Positions 11,775-25,700 of a DNA stretch of 64,000 nucleotides are shown here, piece after piece (the first letter of the stretch is position 1; each line of letters begins with the position of its first letter). The notes beneath the pieces are model-generated. The model was not told the DNA's origin and ran no database searches. It saw nothing but the letters and a program-made list of their open reading frames with translations. This stretch comes from Ruditapes philippinarum. Lineage: Eukaryota. The DNA is taken from NCBI RefSeq assembly GCF_026571515.1, contig NW_026860429.1, positions 248,001 through 312,000 on the forward strand, in the 5' to 3' direction. The position numbers and the translations under genes were made by a program.

Positions 11775-13578
11775 AAAAGTATGTTAAACATGTGTCTTAT
11801 TTAACGCTTTAATCATAAGCCTGCACGTGAGAAAAATTATGAAAAAATATAGCCAGTTAAATCTAAAGATGTAAGAAGGGAAGATTTTAGTCAGATTTGA
11901 AAGCTGACGAGCCAAAATATTTCAAGAAAATCAAACTTGTAATAAGATTTTAAGGTAGGTAAAAATATTCGAGATTCAAGTAATAATAAGCATGTTATTT
12001 GCAATACAAGTGGCATTATGCTTATGTTTTCGCTGTCAAGTTGAGGAATAGGGAATATATTTCAAGAGTTTGAGTATTGTTATGGTGATTGGTCGATAAC
12101 TGATAATAAAAAACGTTTCGGGTAAGATTTTGAATTTACCTAAATTAGAAAATGACTGTTCCAACGAATGATATTTTATTGAAATTTGCGTGGATCACTT
12201 AGATTATTGATTATTTTTGCATAGAAATATATATAACTGAACACAATTATGGCAAAATATTTTTTTCTTTTACCTGAGCACTCACCATTCACATTTGGAT
12301 GGCTATTATATCTCTTTAATGACTGGTTTTTCTGTTTATATCACCATATTGTACTGCGTGACTAACGTAGTGAAGGGCTGTTTTTTTGTTGTTGATAGTT
12401 TGACCTCTTTGTTCGGTAATTAACGAGGATTGAAATGTCGTTTGTAATTTCTTTCATTGTTACCTACACAATATTTTACTTTTAAATACCTTTTCAATTT
12501 TTTTTTAAAAAGACAGGCATGAATTGGGAGGCGTGCTGATTTAAGAAGTGACTGGTATCACCGCTAGAAAGAATTAAAAACCTCTGTTGGTCAGTAAAAA
12601 CGAAATCGATTGTGGTTAAAATATCGTTTTGCTCTTTAATTGATTGTTACTTATTGTATATGTATAGAACTGATTTCATGTGATTTGTTACAAAATACAT
12701 GTATTACAAAGTTATTTGCTAGTTTTTAATGATAATTTTCCCATTCAATAAATTCACAGTGATCTTCCAAGTGCTACTTACATATAACACATATTTTGAT
12801 ATAGTATAATGTACATCTGTGTTTGTTTTTTATTGTTAGAAATGTTGTCCATGACCACTTGCCCCTCATCGCTGTGGGTTCGAATTCCCGCCAAAGACTT
12901 TGGATTCTTACATATGAAGAAGCTATCCTGCTAGCTTACGGAACGTTAGCGGTTCTACACAGATGCCCCTGCTGGTATAATGAACGGCGGATCATCCGAG
13001 GTTTTCATCAACCAGTAAAGCTTAAAAGTCCTTGTTAATGCAACGTTGCAGAAATATCATTTGTATCGGTTGAACGAACTTAATAAACATGATAATTATT
13101 ACCCATCGATCAAGTAAAGTATGCAATTGCGTTTGTGTATTTTTGCTTGAAGATCTTGCTTACGTAACTGAGAATATCTGGCATTCAAGTTTGGATTTTT
13201 AACAAGGTAATATCAGCTTGAAATGATGTGTTAGAATGTATAACAATATAAATGTTGTTGTTAAGAATATGAATAAGCTACACAATACATAATTTCAAAC
13301 TGTTCCTTACATATAATACATATTATACATGTATAGTTATTATTTATTGTAAGAACACAATATAAGTTGGAAATAGGATCGACGTGATGTTGACATCTGT
13401 GTACGTGACTTTATCTTTCGATAATTATTCCAGCTTAGAGACAAACACCTTTTTAGTTTTTACCAGTCAAAGGTGAAAATAACTAATATTATATTGTCTC
13501 GTTTTATTCTTAATTACAGTCTCATTGATACATGCAAAGTATTCCCTGATACATTTAAACAAATATGTGAAACATAGA
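11775..13578 (+). repeat. Segmental duplication copy B of 1-1825
   Basis: Direct colinear similarity to window start. Confidence 0.93.
12848..13048 (+). mobile_element. tRNA-derived SINE (family A) within the duplication
   Basis: GGGTTCGAATTCCC B-box and the same core as the 1066 copy. Confidence 0.85.
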
Positions 13579-13651
13579 TGAGGAACATATAAAATGCATG
13601 TGTGGCCACTCTGAAGACAATTACAAGAAAGTGATTTAGTTGATTCACGAA

Positions 13652-14080
13652 TTTGAAAACCTAGCTAAACACCGTTTTTTGCCGGTACTTTCTGTACATA
13701 GCTCTGGGTAATTCACAATGGTGTGTTACAGTGATAAGTATGTTTATGACCTTTTTTGATTAAAATGAAATGAAACAATTATTCTAAAAATAATCACTGT
13801 ACAAGTAAATCTATGCCAAACATATATGTGAATACACAATTTATAATGGCAAGTGCCACTACGACTGTTTTTAAATGTATAGATTTTCATTTTAAACAAT
13901 TTAGATTTTGTAAAATTTGAGATAGATAGTAAAAGGAAAATTGATAATTTTCAAACACATCAAGTAATTCCACTTTAAACTGTATAATGATAAAAGAAAT
14001 ATCATATGATAACGCTGTGTACTTCATTAAAGCTAAATTATTTACGTACCGGAAAACGGTGTTTAGCTAGATTTTCGAAA
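13652..14080. mobile_element. MITE-like element with ~35-bp inverted ends
   Basis: AAAACCTAGCTAAACACCGTTTTTTGCCGGTAC (ends 13688) is inverted to GTACCGGAAAACGGTGTTTAGCTAGATTTT (starts 14046). Confidence 0.6.
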
Positions 14081-14481
14081 TGGTCAACGAGAAAAGAGTT
14101 TTGAATTCATAAATGCACATGAAATAAAGGGTACATAATCATTTCCTAATAAAATGTTCGTTAGCTATGCTTTGATTTCGTGCATGCAGGCTTTATTGGC
14201 ATAATTCAAATGTATACAAGTACAATATTGCAGCACGGATATTGCAAAGTAGAAAGTATGGCCGCCAAGAATTAGCAAATAAACGAAATCAGAAGTTGTA
14301 AGGAACAATACAATAGTAATAAAGAGTTTGAAAATATTGATTTATAACATAGCTCACAGAGTACATTTACATAAACAAAATTTCTATTAGCACCTGAACG
14401 ATCTTAAAATCATGCAAACTATATAACCACAATGGTAGCAATTTTACTCCTTTTTTGTGATGAAGCATATGGAATTTTTAA

Positions 14482-16041
14482 TATACTACTTAAAGTTTGC
14501 TAAGCACCAAGAGTATTTTTTGTACCTATCTTATGTTGTATATAAAATATTAGATTTATTTCTATTCTTAAATGTGACATAGTGATTAACGTCATTAAGG
14601 AATTTGTTACCAATTGTAATGTATTTTCATGTTGATTTGTTTTGACTGTAATAAAATTGTGTTTTAGACGGGTATGGTGGAATTTGTCCCCTAAAAATCT
14701 TTGCAAATAACTGATTTTGCTTTTAATAGCGAGTATTTGACCCGGAGTTGTCAATAACAGCTTGGCACCATCGTTGCATACTCCCTATCAGGTTTTTTAG
14801 GGCGACTTGTGGGATGGTATTCCACTCATCGACAAAGGCGGCACCAAGCTCCTGTGTGCTCCTTGGCTGGGCCTGACATGCTGAAATACGGACCTGTAGT
14901 TCATTTCATAATGCTCGTGAAATTTAGATTCGGGGATCTGACCGGCTAGTCCAAATGAGTAATACCCTGTCTTTCCAAGTATTCTTGGGCGACATTGGCT
15001 GTATGGGGGCGGGCAATATCATTCATCAAAATGAACCCATTACCAATTGCACCAGCATACAACCATACCTAGGTGTTTAGGATCTCATCTCGATACCGCT
15101 AGGCAGTCAGTGTGCCTCTGTCGAGAACAATGAGGTCAGTAATTCTATCCCGGCTGATTCCACCCAAGACTATTATTGTTCCGCCGCCAAAGAGGTCGTG
15201 TTCCGCAATGTTTGCTTATGGAACCGTTCCTCTGACCTTCGCCATACTCTAGCACGCCTATCTGTGTAGTTCAGACTCATCGGTGAAGAGGACTGGCCGC
15301 CAGTCCATCCTGCTCCAACCAACATGGTCCATGGCTCAATCATATCTGAGCCGGCAGTGGTCTCTAGACAGTGGTCTGTAGACAGCGATATCCGTATACA
15401 TGGTTTTCTCGATCGCAGACCACTTTCATACAAACGTGTACGTATGGCTTGTGTAGACACATGTACCCTTTAAACATTTTGAAGGTCAGAACGAAGTTGG
15501 GTTGCAGTTGCAAAACGGTTTCTTCGTGCCTGGATGATCAGAAAACGATCTTCAGTCTCAGAAGTCACCCTTGTTCTGCCACCACTTGTTCTTACAGGTG
15601 TAACCTCGCCCATGCTCGGGTGATAACCGTATGGTCCACACCAACACCTAACTTACCTCATGATGTCGAGCCCCCTGCTCCACCATACCAACTGCCCGCC
15701 ACAACTCTGCTTCTGATAAATGCCTTTTAACATTTGCATTTGCCATTATTCAATGTTAAATGTTCAATATTTCAGTGGAAAATGAAGAAGGAACACCCGG
15801 CACGTGCACGTGTCGGTACGTGTATGCTGTGTTTAATAAAGACTATCAAAATACAGGATTACCTTGTTTGCACTACTTGCACGTGGAAATGGCCTGCCAT
15901 CCAAGGCTATCTGTGCACAGGGTACACTCTCGATACATTACTACACGATTTACAATGTAAATATAATAACATTATATTTAAGATGAAGAATGCACGATGT
16001 TATGTGGAAAATTTGATGCTCAGAAAACTTTGAGTGGTATA
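14482..16041 (-). mobile_element. Tc1/mariner-type DNA transposon fossil with TIRs; transposase pseudogene at about 14723-15732
   Basis: Minus-strand fragments LWRAVGMVEQGA (HTH), RTRLYESGLRSRKP, RARVWRRSEER, MNDIARPH (QDNARPH-like), RSPNLN (SPDLN-like) and CQAVIDNSGSNTRY*. The 28-bp TIRs at 14482-14509 and 16014-16041 match at 23/28 and have TA ends. Confidence 0.88.
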
Positions 16042-19000
16042 CGTATACAATATGTCAGTGTCATGTCTGCTGCAGAGAGTGTTACAGCAACAACGGCATT
16101 TCTTACAAGAAAGCTGAATTTGGAGCATTTTGTTTATAAATATAATATCTTTTTATTATGGATATAACAACCTTTCTTATTTGTGGTTGTTTAGGTTAGG
16201 CCACATGTAAAGTTTGTATTTATACAACAATTTTTATGATTTGTGGGTTTATGCACCCTTTATTTTATAGTTGTTTGTCAGACACGTTCAGAGATAGTTA
16301 AGAATTTTTAGTTGTTTTATAAAAGTGTTGACTGTACTTGAGTTTGTTTTAAATTTACCTGTCTACATTTATTTTCAATAAAGATGATAAAGTCGTTGGA
16401 ATTATTTACATGTATAATCAACTGCTGAAAGTCATTTTTGACGGACTATGTGCCTGGTGAAGACCTCTTTTGAAAATATACCACTGAATAAGTTATAAGC
16501 CAATGAGTTCAGAGGACAAACACGTTTTTACCTTTACATTTTCCTTAAAATGTTGACATGCCTTGCGCATTGCGCGTCGTCTGTATGTCGTCTGCATGTG
16601 ATTAAGACCTTTGTCATATTATTCAAAATTCGTCAAGTAATGACAAAGTTAGAATATGTTCAACGAAAAATCAATTACTTTACCATCTATAAGCAATCAC
16701 TACAGGGACATCTTATTTCTTGGTATTTTTCTAAAACGTATATAACTTATTTTTCCTGAAGGTAATGTTAACGAAAAATATTATCTAAGTTATACTGTTA
16801 TATTTGGTTAGCGGTAGTTAGCACATTAATTCATTTGTCTGTTGTTTGTTTTTTCTTACGAAATATGTGTCTAAATCCATCATGATGTACGCTTATATAT
16901 TGATTGACTTAACTCTTAGCGGAATTTAGTGCTAATATTTAAGAAACAGTCTACATTGGCATTCAATAACAAGTCGATGAACTTGTTTGTTTCATTTATT
17001 TTACTATGAAAATACCATTAAGGTTAAGGTACAAATTTATATCTTTTTGATACATTAATAAAACTATGCATTGGTAACAAAATATGTAAAAAAATAACAA
17101 TGTATTATCAAGTTGTATAAATAATTTTTGAGTTTGCGTCATATATTGTTTATTGTTATCTTAAATATATAAACACAGTTTTACATTATGAAAACAAGGA
17201 TTTTTCAAAACACTTTGGCATGTCTATTTTTTCTTCATTGAATGACAAGAACCAACAACAGATCAGCCACTTAATTGTTATAATAAGCGTTTTAATTCGT
17301 TGCGCATGCGTGAAATATGAAAATGAAAATTTTCTACTTTTTAAACAAGTGCATAAATTGTTTTTCAGTTCTTGAATTAAACGGATTTTACAGTATAAAT
17401 AACTAATTAAAAGTCATATCCCAATGTGTTTCTAAAAATATTTTAAAAAAGAAGTTATATGGCCAATTATATAAACAGTTATATGGCAAACAACAGTTTC
17501 AATGCAGGCATATAACCTTTCATATCTTTATAACAAATTATGTAGACAATTTTATAAACATGAACTTTTCATCAAATATTATCTAATCTTGCATTACATC
17601 AATTTTTGACGAAACTTTAACTGGCAAATCACTTAATAACGGGTATTTTCAATAAATATGAAAAAGGCAAAGCCTCAAAGCGAGCTCGATTTACTTTTAC
17701 CGTGAAATAGTACAAAATAATCGTTCATTTTTATTTAAAATTTTTCGTTTTAAAATTGTCATTCGGTATTTTATACACAGCTTCCGTTTATTTTGGTTCC
17801 CTGTAATATTATGGTTCCCATATTAGTGCGCAGGACACCAGTCTAAGATTCTGTTTCCAATCAGAATACCTCGTCTTTTATCGTTATCTTGTAATTCGAA
17901 AAGTTGCGATGTGTCAATTCGGTACTTCGATCGAAAGTTTTCAAAACCATCACTATCTAGCAGGTACCAGCGTTACCTATATCTATTTAACCAATTCTCT
18001 GATATTCAGATGGAAAATATTTTACTAACAGTATAGCAGTAAAGGTTCGACTGAAAACCATATCTATAACTTTGTTTCCATTGTTTACCATTGATTGTAA
18101 TGTTTCAGAAATAAAATCTTTAGTCCAAGAGATGGCGGGCTTTATTGCAACTTACTGTATCACCAAAACAAACATTGCCATTGTAAAACACATTGTTTGT
18201 TGTTTCTAAAAAACGATTTTTTTTAAGTTACCCAGCCCGGGCAATAGTACAAAAATTCAAGATGGCCACCAAAATGACCGCCATAAATTACAAAATACCA
18301 TATAATTTTTGTTTCTTGAATTTTTACTTTAAGATTTTGTACAAAATAGTTTTAATTGCACAATATCAGATAAAATATGGTAAAATTATGTTTCAATCAA
18401 GGAAAAAAGACAATTATATGTCAAACTTTAAAATTATCACCATTAATTTACCAAAAATGTGGTAAAAATAGCATTTTTTGACAATTTGATGACATTCGTT
18501 TTTCTAAATTAACACAAAATAAATGAAAATGCATTTAAATTGTGTTTACTTTATCAATTTAACACAGCTTTACAAGTTAAGCATAAAAAATCATTATCTG
18601 CACATTTATTCCGTAAAAGTAGATTTTCAAAATGGGTGGGGTAAAATTACCGAAAATAATATTAAAAATTACAATGTTTAAAACCTTGTCTTTACTTTGT
18701 TATTTCAGTTTAATGTAAAGGAAATTGTGTTTAAATTGTATGTTCTTTATCATTTGAACATTTTTTTATAAGTTAACATTAAAAATATTACCTGCGCATT
18801 TAACGCAGTAGAGTAGATCTTAAAAAAAGTGGGTGGGGTAAAATAACCGAGAAAGAAAGTGAAAAAAAAGAAGAAAAAAAACGTTCAAAATTATTAAGCT
18901 TTTAAAAGTTGACCTTACTTTACTATTTTAGTTCATTGATCACGTAATTTTGTGATAAGAAATGTAAAATTTGTATAACATTTAAGAAGAAAGAAACATC

Positions 19001-20253
19001 ATGTATTCGCAATCTATAAAATTATCACAATCAATTTGCAAACAAATAAACGGTACCAAAGCATTTTTTTTTTAGATTTTGTTGCCATTCGATATATCTA
19101 TTTGACACAAAGTAGAATGAAATTATGTCACAGTTCTCTGTCTTTTATCAGTGGATTATAGTTTGACAAGTTATTAAAAGTTATCATATATCTTAGAAGA
19201 GTAGAGTTTTAAAACTTGGTGGGAAAAAGTAACACCCAAAACATTAATTATAATGTTCATCAACTTGCTTTTTTTGTTCTATAATATCTGTTAAACAATT
19301 ATGTGATGATAGCATGTAATATGTTTTCAAAACATAAGTATTGTATAGAGAAATACTTCTTTGAAAAGATTTTTTTATAATGTTCTTCCAGTAAATATTG
19401 TAAAATGGATATTCGATTTTACTTCATTTTGATAGAAATATTAGTTTTGGTTGACACATCATTATAAATTTGACTACAGTACTATCTAACATGAAAGAAA
19501 AGAGAAGTGATTATTGATGTAAGGAGTATTCATTTATGAATTGTTGGGCTAATATCATACGCAATACAATCACAGTCATAGAAAATTGCAATAGTTGAAA
19601 GCAAGAGGTGTTTAAGCCTTAATGAACATATCAATTAAACTTAAAATACGATTTCAATACAGATATAGATATAAAATATAGATGTATTAATGCATGCTGC
19701 ACAAAAGAAAACAGTCAATTTTAATACTTAAAATAAAGACAGCATTTTATGCCGCTCCCCTACAAAAATTTGTGAGGAATAGTAATTTATACAGTGCCGT
19801 CCTTCTTCCATAATCCATACTTTGGGTGGGGTCCATACCTTTGTCATTTATGGACAAATTACATTTTGCATGAATTATGCGCTGATGGTCACGTCAAGTC
19901 AATAATTCTATCATTCCTGGACAAATTTTTGAAATAACTTAATTCAAATGTTTTTAGACATTATATCGATGTGTCACATTCAAAAATCAAATATCTAGCT
20001 TTAAAACGCAAGGTCCCACTTGTACTGCCATATTCATAATATGATTTATAGATGACTGTGTCCTTCCCACGACATTGTCATTCATGGATGAATTTTAACA
20101 GCTATGCATACATTTTTTTAGTTGATCTGATGTGCCTCACGCTTAAAGCATTGCTCAAAGTCACCTCTAATTTTTCATTTTCATGTATTGATACTCTTGT
20201 CTGGTGTACTTTTCTGATTTGAATAGATGTGTTGCCGACATGTTCCGCAAGAA

Positions 20254-20510
20254 TTTGTTTGTTTGTCTGTTTGTTTGATTGGGTTTTACGTCTCACCGAC
20301 ACAGTATAGGTCATATGGCTACGTTCCAGCTTTACTAATGGAGAAAGACATCAGTTGCCCTTTCGTGCATTATTTTAGGCGAGTTGAACCATCGACCTTC
20401 CGTAGGCTAGCTGGATAGCTTCCTCTCATGAAAGAATCCAAAGTCCCTGTTGGGATTCGAACCCACACCGCAAGTGGTTTGAAGTCAACAACCTTTACCA
20501 CTTGGCCACA
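20254..20510 (-). mobile_element. tRNA-derived SINE (family A)
   Basis: Minus strand TGGCCAAGTGG A-box, GGTTCGAATCCC B-box and (AAAC)n tail. Confidence 0.88.
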
Positions 20511-20576
20511 GATTCTCAAGAAATAATCAAGTCTCAGGCTCGAAGGTTAAGGTAAAATTTGTCATATTATTATCCA

Positions 20577-20658
20577 TTCCTCCAGTAAAGCTGGAATGTC
20601 GCGATATGACCTATACTGTGCCGATGTGACGTTAAACCCAAAAAAACAAACAAACAAA
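20577..20658 (+). mobile_element. SINE family A 3' fragment
   Basis: CCAGTAAAGCTGGAATGTCGC...GTGACGTTAAACCC followed by an (AAAC)n tail. Confidence 0.75.
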
Positions 20659-20780
20659 GTAGTTTCGTTTAACTATGAAGAACATTAAAACATTTTATTA
20701 TTGTGAAAAAGTTTGATCATAAAGGTCGAGGTAAAACTTGATATCTTAAGTTGCCATAAAATTATGCCTTGTTAGTTCAG

Positions 20781-21055
20781 TCTGTTTGTTCGATTGGGTT
20801 TTACGTCACATCGACACAGTATAGGTAATTTGGCGACGTTCCAGCGTTACTGGTGGAAGAAGACCTCAGGTGCCCTACCGTGCATTACTAGTATTTTTGG
20901 CACAAATCTGAGTAGAACCACCGACGTTCCATAATCTAGCTGGATAACTTCCTCACATGAAAGAATCCAAAGTCCCTGTCAGGGTTCTAACCCACAGTGG
21001 TGAGGGGCAAGTGGTTTGAAGTCAACGACGTTAACCACTCGGCCACGAACGCCCC
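20781..21055 (-). mobile_element. tRNA-derived SINE (family A), near full length
   Basis: Minus strand GGGGCGTTCGTGGCCGAGTGGTTAA head, B-box-like motif, core and tail. Confidence 0.9.
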
Positions 21056-22599
21056 ATGTCAGTCAGTCCAAAAATATGATTGATGAATAAACACTACCAC
21101 AACATAATTTTGTGGCAAATTAAGAAGACCAGTTTGACAGCAAGAATAGTAAAAGTAACGCTTGTATATCAAAAAAGTACTGTCACAGTTTTGCCTGGTT
21201 AGATAAGTGTCATACATTCATAGATGCATTTTATATAACTTTACGCACGCGTATAGGAAAGTTTGTGTTGGGTGAGCATCAGAAGAGTAATCAAGGTGTC
21301 GCTTGCTTGATAATTTCTCTTTGAAAAATCATGTAAAATAAGCAGGGGTCACTTGCTGCGAAATTTGCTAATTAATTATCAAGGAAGTCCATTGAGGTGG
21401 ATCGAAAGCCGAAATAAGACCCAAACATTTGTTATAGAACGCCCAGTTTCTGTTTTATCCATTGTTTTCTCATTAGGACACACATAGTCTGTTACTTGTA
21501 GGATCATACGCCACTTTTCATGTACTGGCTGAAAAGTGTCACATTGAAAATCTCACGAGGACCTCCATATTTACACATTTGCGGTTGTTTCAAAATTGAA
21601 ATTTTACAATTTTATGTTAAATTTTGAATTATCCTTGAGCCGGCGCTAGGGGTTGTGGACGGTAGTTTGCACTTTCCAATACCATCCATGAACAGGCTCA
21701 ATCAAACCAAGTCTGCTACATTTTCAATTTTACCGTTTATTGGAGATTCTTAAGGGATTGTATTTCTCCTTATTAACATGCCAGACTAGCATTGTCTAAA
21801 AAATTTAGCAAATTTAGCAAATAGAATGAAAAACGGAAAGCTTTAAGAAAAAACAATATGGCTCATTACACTCAGTTCGATAGTGCCTATTTATGGACAG
21901 CAGTGGTATATGCAAGCTTCCGTCAACTTCCTCTAGTACAAGCTTAAGAAAAATTTAATTTTTAAACAAAAAAGTTGTGAATTTATAATAGTTAAATTTC
22001 AATTTTTAAACATCCATAGATAAGTTCCTAAGACGGTAATCAAGGGATCTACAATGTTACAATAATAGTGCGCCACTCCATGAATCTCCAGTAAAAGAAT
22101 GTGTGTAACCTAAATATCAAAATTGTGTTGTACTAAATAATCAAATTTTTTGAATTAGGGTTAAGAAGTCTTTATATCAGAGAAAAGTCACCAAAGGGCA
22201 GATCCTTTATCAGGCAACATATTCTTGGGGTGATATTTAGTATTACGAAGGAATACTAAAATCACCATACAGTAATAAAGTCAAATTTCATAATTTCAAT
22301 ATGTTTGTATTTCTATGACAAGTTTTCTAAATGTTAATTGATAGTTCAAACATGTTTTCACTATTTGGATGTTTTGTGTGCAGTACTATTCACTACTTTT
22401 TCTTAAGTTATTCATTAATGATTGCTTATTTTATAAATGACAACACCTCTTCGTGTTTATATCAAATTTCTCAACTACACTCTCACAAAATGCTGACACA
22501 TTCATTATGGTTCCTGATTGATATATTAGATAGTTTTGATAGTTCAGGTGATTGGCCAATGACTAGCGTTTTGGATACTATCAAACGACATAAAACATT

Positions 22600-22790
22600 T
22601 AGGGTCGAGGGGTTAGAGTCGAGGACTTCTAATCCAGTAACCTCTCTGGCGATCCTCGGGAAATGCTTTCGTAGTTGAGCGCAAAGGTAGTCTAGTACTG
22701 GTGTAACTCTCCAGGAATGACGGTTAGGAAACTACCCGCCTATATGACTGAAATACGGTTGGGAAAAGGCGTAAAATGAAACAAACAAAC
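22600..22790 (+). mobile_element. tRNA-derived SINE (family B)
   Basis: Reverse-complement match to 55430-55645 (TACTGGTGTAACTCTCCAGGAA...TATATGACTGAAATAC) with an AAAC tail. Confidence 0.85.
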
Positions 22791-25700
22791 ACCAAAATTT
22801 AAAATCATTTGAGAAAAAAAGGAAGATAAAAGCTTTTCTGGGGCACAATGTGCCTTTAAGGAAAACAGAATGAATTAAAGGTGTTATAAACATGTATCAA
22901 GAATATTGAAAATAACATTTTTTGTTCAAAGAACACAATAAAACTGTTTCTTCCCGTAAGAGTATGTTGACTTAGTATCGTGATGTCTTCAGGTTCAAGT
23001 TCAATTTTATCCCACACACTTTTAGTGCTATTCTTCCGAGAAACATGCCTAGCGACAATTTCAATTACTAGTAAATCTCACTTACTATCTATTTCTTGTT
23101 ACAAAGATAAAACGAAAGTAACCAATGTGTGTTGTTTTTATACATTTTTGTGTTAATAAATTATGATACCATGAAACGATGTTGTTGTTTTTTATTAATT
23201 GATAAAATAATTAATATACTGAAATTTAAAAATACTTCTGTTTCGTATACAGCCTCTTTTTAAATGTAAAATAAACAGCTTTTGAGTACACACATACAAG
23301 ATTTAATAAGTTATTACTTCAACACTATAGATAAACACAGTACAAGTACAAAGCGTCATTAAAACTGGCAGTTTTATAAGGACCAAATTAACTTGACCAA
23401 CAATAGGGAGTGCAGCTTTCCAAAAAAAAAAAAAGAATTCTGTGATTCAAAATCTGCAATAAAAGGGTTATGCGAAAAGACGACTATGCTAGGTACATTG
23501 TTAACACAATGTATTGATAATAATTGTAAAAATATGGCAAAACATAACTATTAAACATTAAAAGTAAAAGCATATTCCATTAGCATTTTAATTTTGAAAG
23601 TGTTATGTCGGTCATTTAGCCCTACCCATTTTTCTTTCTGGGATATATTCTCTTGTAATGATTTCTATGCAAAACTAATACAGATTATAATCAGCTAAAA
23701 CAACTGTAGCATTTATGTCAAAAAGATATACCAAAAGGCTACAAAATGTCAAAACTGTGGGGTTTTTTTTACCTTCTTAATTTTTGGTGAATTGTGATAA
23801 TCTTAAAGATGCTATGACATGATGTTTCTTTTCTTCTTAAATGTAATACATATTTATAAATTTCAACACAGAATTTAAATAATATATGGTTAGTGCACTA
23901 AAATCATGAAATAAGAGCAAGTTTTAGGAGCTTCTTAATTTTGAAGGGTTTTTTTTTGGGGGGGGGGGATTATCTTACATCACCCACTTTTTAAACTCTA
24001 CTCTTCTGTGATAAATGCTCTGGTAAAAAAATCATGCTTTTGTTATCAAGAAAGGTTCAAATGATAAAGAACACACAATTAAAATACAATTTTCTTTACA
24101 TTAAACTGAAATTATAGAGTAAAGACCTGTTTTGGGAACATTGTAAATTTAAAAAAATGGTAATTTTACCCTTCCCACTTTTGAAACTCTACTCTTACAC
24201 CATAAATGCACAGATACTAATTTTTTATGCTTAACTTGTCTAGCTATGTTAAATTGATAAAGTACACACACTGATTTGGTAAATTGATAGTCATAATTTT
24301 AAAATTTGCCATATAATTGTCAGTTTTCCTTTATTGAATCATTATTTTACCATATTTTATCTGATATTGTGTAATTAAAACTATTGTGTACAAAATCTTA
24401 AAGTAAAACTTCAAGAAACAAAAATTATATGGTATTTTGTAATTATTTATGACGGCCATTTTGGCGGCCATCTTGAATTTTTGTACTTTTGCCCGGGCTG
24501 GGTAACTTAAAAATGTTTTTTTAGAAACTACAAACAATATGTTTTACAATGGCAATGTTTGTTTTGATAATACAGTAAGTTGCAATAAAACTCCGACATC
24601 TCTTGGACAACTTGGATCATTGTTAGTTGTGTATCATCCAAAACATGACATGTTTCAAAACCAAATTTACCACTGCGGCTAATTTGGATGATTTATGTCA
24701 AAAGGGACATCATTTGTAAGTTTATCAGGCGTAAATAACGGAAACTATTTTATTTAATGAAGCGAAAATCCCTTATTAACGAAAAGTGAACAAAGTGTTT
24801 ACCTTAGACTTTCTTTTAACATTTCCGCAATATGATGATGCAAATTATACTGAAATCCAATTTAATTAAGAAGTTAATATTTCAGTAGACTTTGTTAATA
24901 TTATCAATTTACGTAAAACAAGCTTTAAACGAAAAAGTAAACGACATTTCATCCGATGTTTATCAAATTCCACAATGTTATCAAAGCATTTATACTCCAA
25001 ATAAACTACCCATTTAACCTGATTAAACAAGCGGCAATAATTACTGTAAACAGCAATTAAACTGGGGCCATGGGTTCAGTTCCAAGTAGGATCAACTATT
25101 TCTTTATTTGTTTCGTAAAATTTTATATACATCTTTTTTAAATATTTCACTTATTTTGACCAGAAATACTTATTTTGCGTGGTCATTTGTCCAAGCCTAT
25201 ACAGTAAAACTTTTCAAAATTTTGACTACAGGTGTCCTTAAAATTGCAAAACTACTATGGTTTTGTTATGTTTTTTTTTCACTTTCTAACGATGGCATAT
25301 AGAGATATATTACCTTTGTTTATTTGAAGTCGGAAAAAGAACAAGATATGTTTTTCGGTTTGCAGAAACATTGGTTTTACATAAAATACGTACAAATGCT
25401 TGTTTTCAAATAAGCCTATGATACCTTTATTGTCGAGATACTTCTCATATATCGCAATGAAACATTGATATGTATATTTACAAAGCATAAGCATTTTGTT
25501 ATATTCAAAATGGCTCGTCTTAATTTCGTAGAATATTCGAAAACACGTGTCTGACATTCAGAAATTAGCTTCTTTACAACTATGTATCGTCTTTCCTTGT
25601 TCAATTGAATAGAAAGGTCTTGCGACAGCTCCACGCAGAAGTAATCATTTCCTTGCGAAAGTGAAGGCAACTAGTACTGGTAAACTGCTTGACAGCTTCC

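Larger units (their letters stand above)
18121..24610. mobile_element. 6.5-kb non-autonomous long-TIR (foldback, Academ-like) DNA element with nested insertions
   Basis: TAGTCCAAGAGATG at 18121 is inverted to CATCTCTTGGACAA ending 24610. Inverted similarity extends about 1 kb (mirror ORFs 18193+ and 24537-). CTT flanks both ends (3-bp TSD). Confidence 0.75.

Noticed and set aside
18193-24537. Mirror ORFs MFVVSKK... on opposite strands
   Set aside because: Translations of transposon TIR sequence, with non-ATG starts and no protein features.
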